From Piedraia hortae CBS 480.64 (lineage: Eukaryota): DNA of 64,000 bases. The translations under genes were made by a program, and so were the position numbers. The notes under the pieces are model-generated. The model was given only the letters and a program-made list of their open reading frames with translations, did not search any database and was not told the DNA's origin. The stretch spans positions 193,628 to 257,627 of the forward strand of contig MU005966.1 in assembly GCA_010093745.1 (NCBI GenBank), given 5' to 3'. Of this stretch, positions 1 through 11,129 are shown in pieces. Each line of letters starts with the position of its first letter. Position 1 is the stretch's first letter.

Positions 1-679
1 CAGGAGTAGGAGCAGCCGGTGAAGAATTCTTGACCACTTTGCTGCTGTAAGGGGTAGATGTAGCTTAGTTGTTGACGGAACTTAGGCAGGTAGTGGCGCG
101 CTGCGAGAACAAGAGGATTACCATCCGGTGCAGGGTTTGATCTTTCCGACTCATGGTCCATATCCTCCTAGCGATAGGGTTCCACGCGCACGAGATTTTC
201 ACCTATGCGGTCCTGCTTCGTGTTCAGCGTGTTGGCATGGAGACTTGTTGCTATTAGTGTACGATGCCATTGTGCGACACATCTCTTACACCAACAGCTG
301 CATCCTAGGTTTTGTACTCACAGATGTTTCCCTCAGGGTCATGTCGCATACGACATGGTGAATGCGCCCCGCTATACTGCCAACCCCGCAAAATATTGAA
401 TCATGATTTATGTCAAGGTGTTTAAAAGTGGATACAACAGTCCAAACAACAGCTATACTATACCCCATGCAATACTCTTACAATGGTCCAGCCAACATTG
501 GCTGAACTCTTCTGACAACAATTGATTCAAGTCTTGCTCGAATACAGATACAAGTGCCGTTGCATTATCTTATTAACATTTGGTGGAAAGCAGGCTCAGC
601 CCTCATACCGCCCATACATCGGATATCAAATGATTCGATTGATATGGTCCACAAAGATGTATATGATAATATACACAGG

Positions 680-2879
680 CTACGTACTGGTCGCCTGAAA
701 GACGCCTCCGTCTTCCGTCCATCCGCACACTTCCAAATCCTCCTCCAGGATACGTTGCCTAAGAAACATCAGAAATCATAGAATCGAAAGTGCAGATAGT
801 ACCTACCTCGCAGCTTCGCCTAAGTCCCGGTAGGCGCGGTCAGACTTAGCGAAGAATTGCATATCCAGGCGGGCGGAGGACGTTGGCCGAGCCTGGTCGG
901 CCTTCCACCGCTGCGCGTATAGCAATCAGCGAAAGTAACTTGAATTTGATCCGGGCAATGAAACTCACCCAAACCGCCGCGGCCTCCGCCATAGCCGTCG
1001 TCACCAGCGACGGCCGGGCCCCGTCCAAGCCGCTGAGGGCCCGAACAACCTCAAACAGCGTGGGGCCGTTCCACACGGTGTTCAGGCGATCCCGAACGTA
1101 GGCCAGAGCCCGGCCGCGCCAAGTTGGGATGTCCTTTCTGACAGCCCCAAGCTGCTGCTCGGACACAATACCCCGGCTAAGAAGCTCCTCCTGGATAGGT
1201 TAGCCACACGACTTATCTTGTTCCGGTACAAGGGTGAAAGCTCACCACCAGGGCGTTGGTACTACGCCAAACTTTGGCGTTGTAGAGCTCGAAGTGAAGC
1301 ATTCGCCTCATGGCCTTTTGTATGGACTGCTTTTCATTAGTGATGACCATGCTGATCGGGCTCCGACTTGCCACCTGCAACTCCTTGGCAACCACAGGCG
1401 TCCCCTGCCCCCGAATTTCCTGCAGATGCCGAATGATTTCAGCATTCTGCTCTGCCAGCAAGCTGGCTAGCCCAGCAGGGGGCTCTTCTACCGCCGCCGC
1501 CGAATGCTTGGTGCTGGCCGTCAGTAACGGCGCAGCATCCACTGCCGCCCCACCGGCACGCAACGATGCTTGCGGTCGTGGTGCACGAGGGGAGACCCTT
1601 CTGCGGGGGCGGCTAAGCTAGTCGACGTTGACATGGCGGCGCTGGCATACGGAACGAGCAGTAACGTTACAGGCCTAGCTATGGTGGATTCCGCCATGTT
1701 GTGTTCATTACGTTTTAACAACGCAGAGCCACCGCCCAAGGTAACTGGCCCGACGTGGAGTAACGCGTTAAAGCACTACCAACGACTTGACGAATAGTGG
1801 CCACGACCGCGACGATGCTATAGACAGCAGCGCTTGTCTGAAACCTGCACCGATAACATACATTGCGTCAGGTTTTCCGGTGCTCTTAAAAGACCAATCT
1901 GCGTATAATAGCATGCAGGTGTTCTTGTTCGCTTCTTTACCGCAGTGCGCTGCTGCGGGCCGGGCAGTCACCTTGTATGCAGACGTTTTGACGTCGCTCA
2001 CGTACGCGATGCTGTCAGGTGCGTGAGATCTAAGCATCGCCGCTGACTCCCGTGTCATCGTGGCTACATGCGACCCGTCGTCATCCGTGCATATAAATAC
2101 AAAACGCGACTTCGACACGTTAACGAACGACCATCCGCACGTCGTCTCTATGTTGTCCGTCACGTAGGGGGTCAACCTACCCGACACCTGCACCTTATAA
2201 TTGTGTTTCACCACGGTGCAGGCTACCGCTCCCAACTCTTCGCACAGGCGATGCGTCGCCATCTCCGCGTCGAAATATTTGGCTACCGGTATGCACTCTG
2301 TCGAGCTGCTTAGCACGGGTTGCACGAAGCAGCACCTGTACACTGCTGACGTGCCTACGGTCCACAGCCCAACGGTGTGGCACACCCTAGCGTCCGCGTT
2401 CACGACTGACGCGCCGCCGGTAAGCCCGGCGACTAACGGCGACAGCAGGTCGACAGATGCTCGTGGCATCCGTACCCCGTAAGTGCACGTGTACACGTCT
2501 TCGGTGTCGTCATTTGGTGCATACGTGTGCTTATGTCTCAGTGACAGTGACAGGAGCTGGCTCTCTGGTGGGGATGGCGCCGGAGAAGATAGCGCCGAAC
2601 GGGACAGAGCTTGCGGAGGCGGTATTGTCTCAAATGGAGACGGCGAACGCGGCATAGCAACAGGCGAATGAGATGATCCCTGGGGAGTCGGCGATCGCGC
2701 GAACGGCCGCAGTCGGGTTACACGCCAGCCTTTAGTAGACGGCCCGGGAGTCGTCTTTGCAACCCTCAAGACTGTTCGTCTTCGGCAGGGCGGTCGACTT
2801 GGACGCGTTTGCCAGGTCGAGATGCTTCATTGCTTGTGGTATTCACGCGCTTCTTGCTTTCCTTTTTCTTGGGAGGCAT
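680..2879 (-). pseudogene. Spliced transposon accessory (TnpA-like) gene, disrupted by a frameshift and a 924-bp insertion
   Basis: ATG 2879 (MPPKKKESKKR), frameshift near 2790-2826, Pro/Ser-rich stretch to ~2540, resuming in the same frame at 1615 (SRPRRRVSPRAP...). Three GT-AG introns with branch points (1191-1245, 911-968, 759-806) join in frame to ...FFAKSDRAYRDLGEAARQRILEEDLEVCGW...ST, stop at 682-680. The TnpA-like label is inferred from position. Confidence 0.65.
1616..2539 (-). other. Putative captured foreign (virus-like) DNA fragment: 3' part of a globular-protein gene (stop 1770-1768), a 70-bp spacer and the 5' end of a second gene (ATG 1697)
   Basis: The flanks rejoin in frame with a 2-nt CT microhomology. 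14 ACGT sites inside versus 4 in 680-1615 and 0 in 2540-2879 (manual counts). Intronless, head-to-tail ORFs. Confidence 0.55.
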
Positions 2880-3794
2880 GGTTTTGGAGTGTGTTGGAAG
2901 GAGGAAGGGATCTAATCACATCACTTCGAGATTAGTCAATGGTGACGCAGTCAACAGCGTGTGTGATACCTCAGTATGGAATCCGTCTGAGGTCTAGTGA
3001 AGGCTTGCACCGCAAGACTGGTCTAGACTCTTCTCCCGGCCCGATCCGCATTCGCCGTGACAACGTCCTTTGACGTGACCACGCTCCAGGGAAACATCCT
3101 CCATGAGGTAAAAACCCTGGAGAGTCCGGTGCCCTATCTACCTAAGATAGGCGTCTGACAGAGTGTTACTCACTTCCAACGTTAATAACTATCATCTCAA
3201 AGTTCCATGATAACGTACAGTGGTCTTGGGACGTTGGCCGTCAGGGAGTACGAGAAGGAGGGGATGTATGTTGCCTGCGTTCTGTGATCGATATCCCTGA
3301 CCGAGATGCGGAGTATTCTTGAAAATTTTGATATTCTTGGAATTTGCCTGAGCCAAGGTGCAAGCCCAGTCCCAAAAGAGTTAGTTGTTTGAGGTCGAGT
3401 AGATAGGTTCGGCTCGACCCGACAACGGGTGGCTAACCTTGTCTATTTTCCTCAGCTTAACGGTTGACAACGGTTGAGCCCCGACCGTTTTGAAGGGGCA
3501 TCCATCAGATCCATCACAGCAACGGAGTCATCTTCCGTAGTTGTTCCTTCCGCTTGTTCCATCTCGAACTCACTTTCAATGAGGCTGACATCAGTTCCGG
3601 CTTGGAACTTTCGACAATTACACAAGCAACACCGCGCAGACTTCAGGCGTCTGAACATTCTACCGAACGTAGTTCACGTCTTTGTCTCTAGCGTACACGG
3701 GTCACCTTCCCGACAATCTTGTAGTTAGAACTATCGGACCGCCCAGTGTTGACTGCTTCTGTCCCCCATATTGTTTTTTGGGGCGTCGCGCACG

Positions 3795-6700
3795 ATGCCG
3801 CATAAGAAGCTCCCACAGAATTGCATGCTTTGTCATACGCCAGGCGGGAATCTGCATGTTACCAACACCACCAGAAAGCTTGGAGCGCACCTTCTTTGGG
3901 AAGATCACTTAAGGACAGTGAGACGAACGCAGAACGAAGACCCTCAAAGGTATCAACATTACCTGGTCTGGGAGCAGGATTATAGAGCCGATCATGCCCG
4001 GAGTGCCTATATTACATCGCCAGCCGTTATAGCTTGAGCTACGGCTCCGCAAGAGACTCAGGAAGCTGTTGTTGTACCATCCTACGCGATAAGCCATGCC
4101 AATTTTGAGGATGACATGGCGGAACTGGGCGTAGTAGAGACTTCTTCGCAGGACTTTACAGAAGACGTTGATATGTTGGACTATGATGAATCTATGGATG
4201 TTGGTTACTCGGTCGGGATCAATGTCGAGAATCAAATAGTCAGCCGCCTTTCCCACGAATCTCAAGGTGGACCCAACATAGAGGGTGGACATGACAGTGA
4301 CATGGAAAGTGACATAGAAGATGAGGGTGACAATGGACGGGAAGAAGAAAGCGAGGAAGAAGAGGAATGTGTAGATGACGGTATGGAAGAGGCGGAGCGT
4401 TGGGAAGACGAAGCATATGGCCAAGGTAGGGGAAGTGATGAAGACGAAGATGAAGCCGAAGCCGAAGAAGGCCATGGAGACGAAGATCGGAACCAGCCAC
4501 ACTATTCTCGCTCCTCGCGATTTGCACCACCAGATCCCGTACTTATTGCAGAGCCTGAACACGAATATTCTCCTTTCAAATGCGAGATAGACGCTCTCTT
4601 TTTCGCATTCTACGTTTCGACACATCGTCCAGTCAGTGACAAAACTATGAACTCTATCATCGAGTTGGTGAAGAGTGCATTGGAAATCGCACGGACGACA
4701 CCTGATGGGACCATTTCCATCTCAAGTGTTTCAAAACTGAAGCGATACAAAAATGCTGTTCCCTCTCCAGAAACTCAACGGCGAGTTACCCCTGAAGGAA
4801 AGTCGTTTCATCAAATCAGCATCCTGGACAGCATGAGGATGGAGGCTTGCAAGCCCGGTATGAAACTAGTACAATATCCTGAGATATTGAAACCTGCGCC
4901 GGCATTCTCGGGTGAAGAAAAAGTGGCTGCCAATCAAATGTGGCATGGCGGTAAATGGAGAACGGAGCGACAGCTTCTGCGCCCAGTAGATGGTTTGAGA
5001 CTCCGCGAAGGACGTCAAGATGTATGGATCAGTGATGTACTGGAGCTGTGTACCGGTGAACATGCCATGTTCTATGGTTGCGAGATCCACACCACGCGGG
5101 AGCAGAGCGCATTGGTTGTTCGTGCTATTAAGCTGACCCGGGCAAGACCAACCGCGCCAAGCTCCAAGAAGGCAAGATTGCTCCTGCCAATAAAAGAAGG
5201 GCATTGGATCTTTCCGAAGAAACAGTCCTTCTACTGGACGAGCGGGATATCGTCAAGGCTCAGAAAGCAACCAAGTTTGAGTTTGCTGCCCAAAACGGAG
5301 GCCATATCAACGCTGACCTTGAGCAAATGCTTTGTACCCCACACCCCGCAAGGCGGTGTGAATTAGATGTGGTCCAGTGCAACTTTTGCTTCTGGACAGA
5401 CGGTACCAGTGCTGTCAGAAGCTCTCGCTGGAACCCCATTCAAGCCCTCTCTATGATACTTGCTGGAAGGTCCCGGAAGGTAGGTTGGCAAAATACTAGT
5501 CACATCTTCATTGTAGTAATGAATTGTCAAACAGGAGAATTTTCATCCATCGGCACACATTTTCATAGCCGCTGGCGAGGATATCAAAGGCCACCACATG
5601 ATTGGTGCGATGATCCCCGAAATAAGTCGACTCCAGCGTGTAATACTGGCGTTCAATCCTGCAAGTCGATCCAGACGAGTCCTTGTCGGCGGCCCGGTGA
5701 TGGTGCAAGCAGATAATGCCGAGGCTTCAGGGCGCAGCAGCCACAAGATTTCCAGCAATCTTAACTGCCGGGTATGCATCTTTGGTAAGAGAGGAGTAGA
5801 CAGGTGGGAAGGCCTCGTCACCCCGTGTGCTTTACGGGTGCTGCGAATCACGAAAAGCTGGGGTGATGAATGTGGAAGGTCTGGCAATTACAAGGCCGAT
5901 CGGGCAGCGATTAAACTCCCACACACAGCCACGTACAAAATCCCCGGCTTGGATCCACACCAGGATCTACCATACGATAACCTGCATCGTGTCCTGCTGG
6001 GTTACGTGCAAATGCTGTGGGCGGAGACGGTGAAGGACCGCAGGGTGAAGCCAGACCTGGAAGATCTTGACCTGCGAACGGCCGCCGCCAGTCGCGATGG
6101 AGGAATCCAAAGCATGGTAGGTGGCAAGCGCATCATAAACTGGAGCGGGTCGCTACAAGGCGGCGATTTTCGCTCAATCATACAGCTTTGGCCATCAACC
6201 CTCCTGTCGTTCTACGAATCGAAAGGACGGCTTTCCCAAATGCAGGACCTGATCCACCTCTGATCAACTTCCGCCAAGTTAACGAAGCTATTGTACGCCA
6301 CGAACCTCACGGATGTCGACGCATGGTCTGAGAAGGTTCAGCAGACATACGAAGAAATGATTTGCGACTGGGCGGACATGTGGGGCCTTGACTGCATACT
6401 TGCAAGGTCAAACTTCACTTGCTTTGTCATGTGGTGATGTGGATCAGAAGATTCGGGCCCATCATCGGTGCTCAGTGCGAGACGCACGAGTGCACGAACA
6501 AACACCTGCGCGGAAACAGGGAGCACACTAACCGCCAGGCTTACTCGTTGGACGTCGCAGGGAGGTACAGTGTTTTCTCTGGAGCACTCCACTTGGCAGC
6601 GGGAGGCTGGTGGCGGATCAATCAGACCCGTATGACCTATCCAGGTCGAAGTCTTGTCGCTCTTTTCAGCTCCTCACTCATTCAGGAGTTTCGGGGGTTG

Positions 6701-7256
6701 CCGACAGTGCAAGGCCCGGGAAGTTGCCGATTATGGATGGAGAGGAACGTGAGCGATGATACAATTGATTCAGCTCTACATACCCACCTTCATGATCAAA
6801 ACTTGGTTCCCTGGGAACATGGCCAATATCAAAGATACCATCGGATGAGCGGATTACATCCCTGCCGCATTGGATCCTTCGTACAGTGCACAAACCAGGG
6901 CTTAGCTTTGTTCCACGTACGATTTTTTTTTTTTTGTGTGAGACTCTCCGAGGTGGAGGTATTGTGTTGTTGGAGCCCTTCCAGGAAGCCACCCGCAGTC
7001 CGAGGCTGAAGAGTTCAGAGTGGCTGAAGGTCACAAGCTCATTGCATCTGCAGGATGGAACCTGACGTCCTCGCTGCTTGATGTTATGGCTGTTCTCAAC
7101 GTGCAGCATCTGTGCAGCAGCGGATGCAGACGGACTTGGGTGCCATCTGCACACCGTGTGGAGAGACGACAGGTTGAGGAAGATATATGGAAGCATGACG
7201 AATCTAGGCACGATCGCTGGTTCATAAATGCACACATGATCAAGACAAATGTATGA
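3795..7256 (+). pseudogene. CACTA/EnSpm-like DDE transposase pseudogene
   Basis: N-terminal CxxC...H...H zinc finger (CMLC...AHLLWEDH), acidic tract, then the motifs QYPE...MWHGGKW, FWTDGTSAVRSSRWN, QADN, CRVC, GLDPHQDLPYDNLHRVLLG, SLQGGDFRSIIQ, KLHLLCH...IRRFGP...ETHE...N...HTNRQAYSLDVA and NVQHLC, recognised as typical of fungal CMC-type transposases. Intron 5480-5534 is in frame. Lesions: TGA at 4035 and 6261, frameshifts near 5210, 6408 and ~6920-7020. Confidence 0.8.
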
Positions 7257-8309
7257 TTATATGGCAAGAGTTTTACGCAGTTGGAATCGACATTATACCT
7301 TCACTGATTATCGAGACAGAACATTACTCTCCATCGCAAATGACGCGACAATGCTTTAATCTTCCGTCAAAGTGATATATTATCGGGCAATCTTCAGTTA
7401 AATCGGGTTGGGGTAAAGGTATATCCCCACAACATTCCATGAGACATAGTATGGAATATTGCGGGGATATAGGGTATTCCCGCAATGTGCGTGGTTGGCT
7501 GTGTATATCCACAAGTCAGCTTCGAGTGTAGAACGGAAATCTTTCAGACACCCACGCAGAGACCCAATAATGACACCATTACCGTTACAAAGTCCTACAC
7601 TTCTGCATCAAAAGTGGCAAATAAATCATGTGCATGTTGGTTCAAAATCCAATTTCAATCTTGGTAACTAACAAGAAGCAAAAATCAAGTAAGCCCTTAC
7701 AATATTTCCATCAGCCACTTCCACATATTCGATGCTTCCACCTCTCCAATCCTCACCTTCGTCCCTATCTGCTTCCCCCACTGCTCCTTGTTGCGATGTG
7801 CCTTATCCATCTCTCCAGTTCGGAGTGCGAGAACCACCGCCGCCATGTCGACCAAATGCTCTTGTCACTCACAGGAAATTGCCGCGTACCTGGTGAAATG
7901 CAGAGCGATGAACCAGAGTGTAAGGTTGCCTCAGCCCAATTATGCAATTAAGATCATTGCCTATCAGTCTCATTGCAAGATCTCTCCATCTCAACTTCCA
8001 TCTGGGCATTCCACTTAAATAAACAAGCGCATCATACCATCATGAGACGATGGCTTAGTCAATCCGTAGAAGTGATTTTGGGTCTCAACTCGAGATAGAG
8101 TCATCGTCTGTTGAGGCATGTGTGGGTGGATCTTGTCTGCCAGGTCTGCTTCTACATAGGCACAGAAAGGTTTCATCTTGAACGTGAGCATCGAAAACAT
8201 TCTTACAGCGAGTTCGAACTCCCTCTCTTTTGGGTATTAGCTCACTATCAGCCAGTCAAGGTAAAACTTATCATTCTCGATCAGGCTGGAGATATGCCGA
8301 ATTGAAACC

Positions 8310-8574
8310 TGCTCAGTATGACACGCCGAGCGCTCGTCATGTGCTCGCGTTCTGCTCGTTACGCATTTCGGTGTTGCTCGTTATGACTTTCAAGTGGTCG
8401 TTACATGATCGAACGGTTAAGTTACTTACTTGGGTACTGCTCGTTACGTGCTCGGACAGCTAGGTTTCATTTTTGGGTTATGCTCGAGATGGTTCGCGGT
8501 CTTGCTCAAGATAACTCGACCTGCTGCTCAAAACAGCACAAACGCGTCCAAAATCTGCTCTGAGTGCTCGTTAC
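8310..8574 (+). repeat. Cluster of short direct repeats TGCTCG(TTAC), likely subterminal repeats of the transposon
   Basis: TGCTCG at 8342, 8353, 8375, 8438, 8449, 8481 and 8565; four extend to TGCTCGTTA(C/T); near-matches at 8310, 8331, 8395, 8503, 8525 and 8556. Confidence 0.75.
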
Positions 8575-8717
8575 AACTTTTCCCAGAAAAGGCACGACTT
8601 CAATACCACAATCACATTTGTTTCAACTGACACTAAAGCAGAGGTCGAAAACTATTATTAATCCGCCTACCTGCTAATGCATACAAAAAAAGAAAGAACA
8701 ATATTCTGATTAAAACC

Positions 8718-11129
8718 TCACGCCGCGTCTTCCTCCGCCCAGCCTGGCAGTCCACTCTCTCCAATCATCCCATACGGACTGTACCCACCAGCAATTTTAC
8801 CATAACCCTGTTGCTGTTGCTGCTGCTGTTGTGCTTGTTGCAGGGAAAAAGCAGGTAAACTGACAGCCCTGTTGTGATGGCTTCGTTGGACTGCAGATTT
8901 GCTGTCAAAGGGGTTCAGATTCATGCCGTTGGAGATGTTGACGCTTTGGTGGCTTATGTGGCCGCTGGTAACGTGGTGATGCAGAGGTTCCAGTGCGGCT
9001 GAGCGCGTCATGGTTACTTCGTTAGGTGAGCTGTAAAAAGCTTGCTGTGTTGCGACTGATTGTGGAAGTTGGTGGATATAACCGTGTTGTTGATGTTGCA
9101 ATGGTTGAGGACTGGGATCGTCTTGTCGTATTTGCTCAAATTGCTGCTGCATTTGCTCCATATTGGCCTGGGCATTCTGCTGCGCTGCAAGGTACATTGT
9201 CAATGGGTTATTGTTTCCAAAGTTGAATATTGTTGACGCTGTTGGGCCTCGCAGGAGATTGCCGCCATTTGCCGGAGATATGGACTGCTGAGGTCGGTTT
9301 TGCACGCCATTTGTGGGCGACATCGGTCCCTCGCGATGCTGCTGCTGTGCAGGACCATTAAAAGTCTGTCTAGGCTGATTGCCGCACCGGTCTTTACCAA
9401 AGTTCACCTTGAACCTCTTGTACTCCTCCTTGCCCCTCACACCTTCGATGGCTTTGATGGCGTTTGCGATATTGGTGAAATTCACAAATGCACAACTCTT
9501 CTCCCGCAAGGTATTGACCAGCTCGATCTCGCCATACTCCTTAAAGTCCTGACGCAGCCTGTCCTCTGTCCACGTCTCGTCGAGGTTGCCCACGTAAACG
9601 TTTCTGCTCGCGCCGCCAGAAACGGCAAGGGCGATGGCCGGCGGCAACGCTCCCGAATGCTTCCCCCATCCAACCTTCAGTCGGCGGTTATGGATCATCA
9701 GCCCTTGCAAGTTACTCAAAGCATAGAAAGATGCAGCGGCTGTAGAATCGATGAATGTGACAAAGCAAATGTGCTTGTCCGGAATGTAGCGAATATGATG
9801 CAGCAGACCACCTCTTACAACGTTGCAAATCTCCTCAATCGTCGTCTCGGGATGGATATTGCCCAGGTAGACAGTTCTGTTGCCAAGGTTATTGATGCCG
9901 CCAGCGGTAGTGGCCACGGCAGCAGCAGCCACCGATTGCTGGGCAAGGGCGTTGCTGATGAGTTCGCGATCTGTTCCGTTCAGGGTATGGGCATAGCCGG
10001 GCGCAATTCCTAGATACTGCGCCGCATTCTGCTGCTGCGTTTTGGAAACATAGGCGCAGCGATCTTTGCCATAATACACTTTTCGCGGCGGCTGCCACTT
10101 GGGTAGTTGTGGCAGGCCAGCAACGGCTTTGATGGCGTTTCCAATGGACAAAAAGTGCACAAAGCCAATTGCTTTTTCGCGCACAATCTTTACGGTGTCG
10201 ATGGGACCAAACTTGCTCAGATCCTCGCGCAATTCCTCTTCGGTCGTCCCCTCTGGCAGATTCCCCAAATACACATTACGCGATGCATTGGACTGCTGCA
10301 CGGCCAGCGCCACCGATGTCGGTACTGAAGATGGCTTTCCCCAGCCCACCTTGATGTCCTGGCCCTTGATTGACAGCTTCTTGAGGATGGCATCTGAGTG
10401 GAAATGCGACGCGGCTGAGCTGTCGAGGAAGGATATAAAGGCGCAGTTCTTGTCGGGCAGCAGCCGGACCGATTCAATCTGGCCGCTGCGCACGTGGCTC
10501 AACATCTCCTCTGCCGTGGTGTCTGGCGGAATATTGCCCAAATAGACTGTGCGGCTCGAGCCCGATGCCAGCGCCGGATTCAGCTGCATGGCAGGCGAGC
10601 GATATGCACTTAGACCGGGACTGCCCAGTGCACTGAAGGTTGTGGGGGACGGAAGACCGCCCATGAACGAAGATGCGCCCATGCCCGTTGGAGACGCCAT
10701 GCTGTGGTACGCGGGCGGCGACATGGCTGCATGTTGGTGGAACCGTTCGTTTTGCCGCCGGTCTTGGTGCGGGAAACTCTGGAAGTGTGTCGACTGAAAC
10801 GAGGGAGAGCCGGGCTGAAACGGACTGCCCATTAGGAGCTGCGAGGGCAGCAGAGGCGTAAAGTTCATATCGTAACCCGTCTGAGGCGTCTGCATCTCCT
10901 GCGCGGCCGAATACCTGTGTCGTATGCGGCCCGTGTTGATAGGCTGCACATTACTCCTCTGTGGGTGCCGGTCCGAGTAGCCAGCAATGGACGCGTGCGC
11001 CGAATGGAAGGCGTCCTGCGAGAAGCCCAGACTGTCACCCGGCGTCTTGGGCGCAAACGAGCGCGTGTGATCGTCGCCGCCTTGCATTTTCAGAGACGAC
11101 ATTCCTAGGCCGTGTGCATCGGTTGTCAT
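8718..11129 (-). CDS. MRN1: Four-RRM RNA-binding protein (S. cerevisiae Mrn1 / S. pombe Nrd1 family)
   Basis: Four RRMs (RTVYLGNI, RNVYLGNL, RTVYLGNI, RNVYVGNL) with KVGWGK and YGKDRC/FGKDRC ends. First ATG at 11129, preceded by a 5'UTR intron 11158-11209 (GTACGC...GCTAAC...CAG). Confidence 0.9.
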   Translation of the reverse strand: MTTDAHGLGMSSLKMQGGDDHTRSFAPKTPGDSLGFSQDAFHSAHASIAGYSDRHPQRSNVQPINTGRIRHRYSAAQEMQTPQTGYDMNFTPLLPSQLLMGSPFQPGSPSFQSTHFQSFPHQDRRQNERFHQHAAMSPPAYHSMASPTGMGASSFMGGLPSPTTFSALGSPGLSAYRSPAMQLNPALASGSSRTVYLGNIPPDTTAEEMLSHVRSGQIESVRLLPDKNCAFISFLDSSAASHFHSDAILKKLSIKGQDIKVGWGKPSSVPTSVALAVQQSNASRNVYLGNLPEGTTEEELREDLSKFGPIDTVKIVREKAIGFVHFLSIGNAIKAVAGLPQLPKWQPPRKVYYGKDRCAYVSKTQQQNAAQYLGIAPGYAHTLNGTDRELISNALAQQSVAAAAVATTAGGINNLGNRTVYLGNIHPETTIEEICNVVRGGLLHHIRYIPDKHICFVTFIDSTAAASFYALSNLQGLMIHNRRLKVGWGKHSGALPPAIALAVSGGASRNVYVGNLDETWTEDRLRQDFKEYGEIELVNTLREKSCAFVNFTNIANAIKAIEGVRGKEEYKRFKVNFGKDRCGNQPRQTFNGPAQQQHREGPMSPTNGVQNRPQQSISPANGGNLLRGPTASTIFNFGNNNPLTMYLAAQQNAQANMEQMQQQFEQIRQDDPSPQPLQHQQHGYIHQLPQSVATQQAFYSSPNEVTMTRSAALEPLHHHVTSGHISHQSVNISNGMNLNPFDSKSAVQRSHHNRAVSLPAFSLQQAQQQQQQQQGYGKIAGGYSPYGMIGESGLPGWAEEDAA

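Larger units (their letters stand above)
680..8574. mobile_element. Decayed CACTA/EnSpm (CMC)-like DNA transposon: divergent accessory gene and transposase plus right subterminal repeats; left end probably outside the window
   Basis: Transposase pseudogene (+, 3795-7256), divergently transcribed spliced accessory gene (-, 680-2879) and a cluster of TGCTCG repeats at 8310-8574 just before the first host gene. No TIR pair or TSD could be identified, so the boundaries are approximate. Confidence 0.7.

Noticed and set aside
1..161. Possible spliced gene start on the minus strand (ATG 161 or 154, intron 45-121) running off the left edge
   Set aside because: Too little sequence and a weak branch point; no product can be supported.
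3909..4625. 238-aa hydrophobic minus-strand ORF
   Set aside because: Antisense shadow of the acidic GAA/GAT-rich tract of the transposase.
7324..8300. Possible third decayed gene of the transposon on the minus strand
   Set aside because: The best frame has about 9 internal stops in ~200 codons, no better than random, and no recognisable motif.
8631..8635. CACTA pentamer near the element end
   Set aside because: Wrong orientation for a right terminus (TAGTG expected); likely chance.
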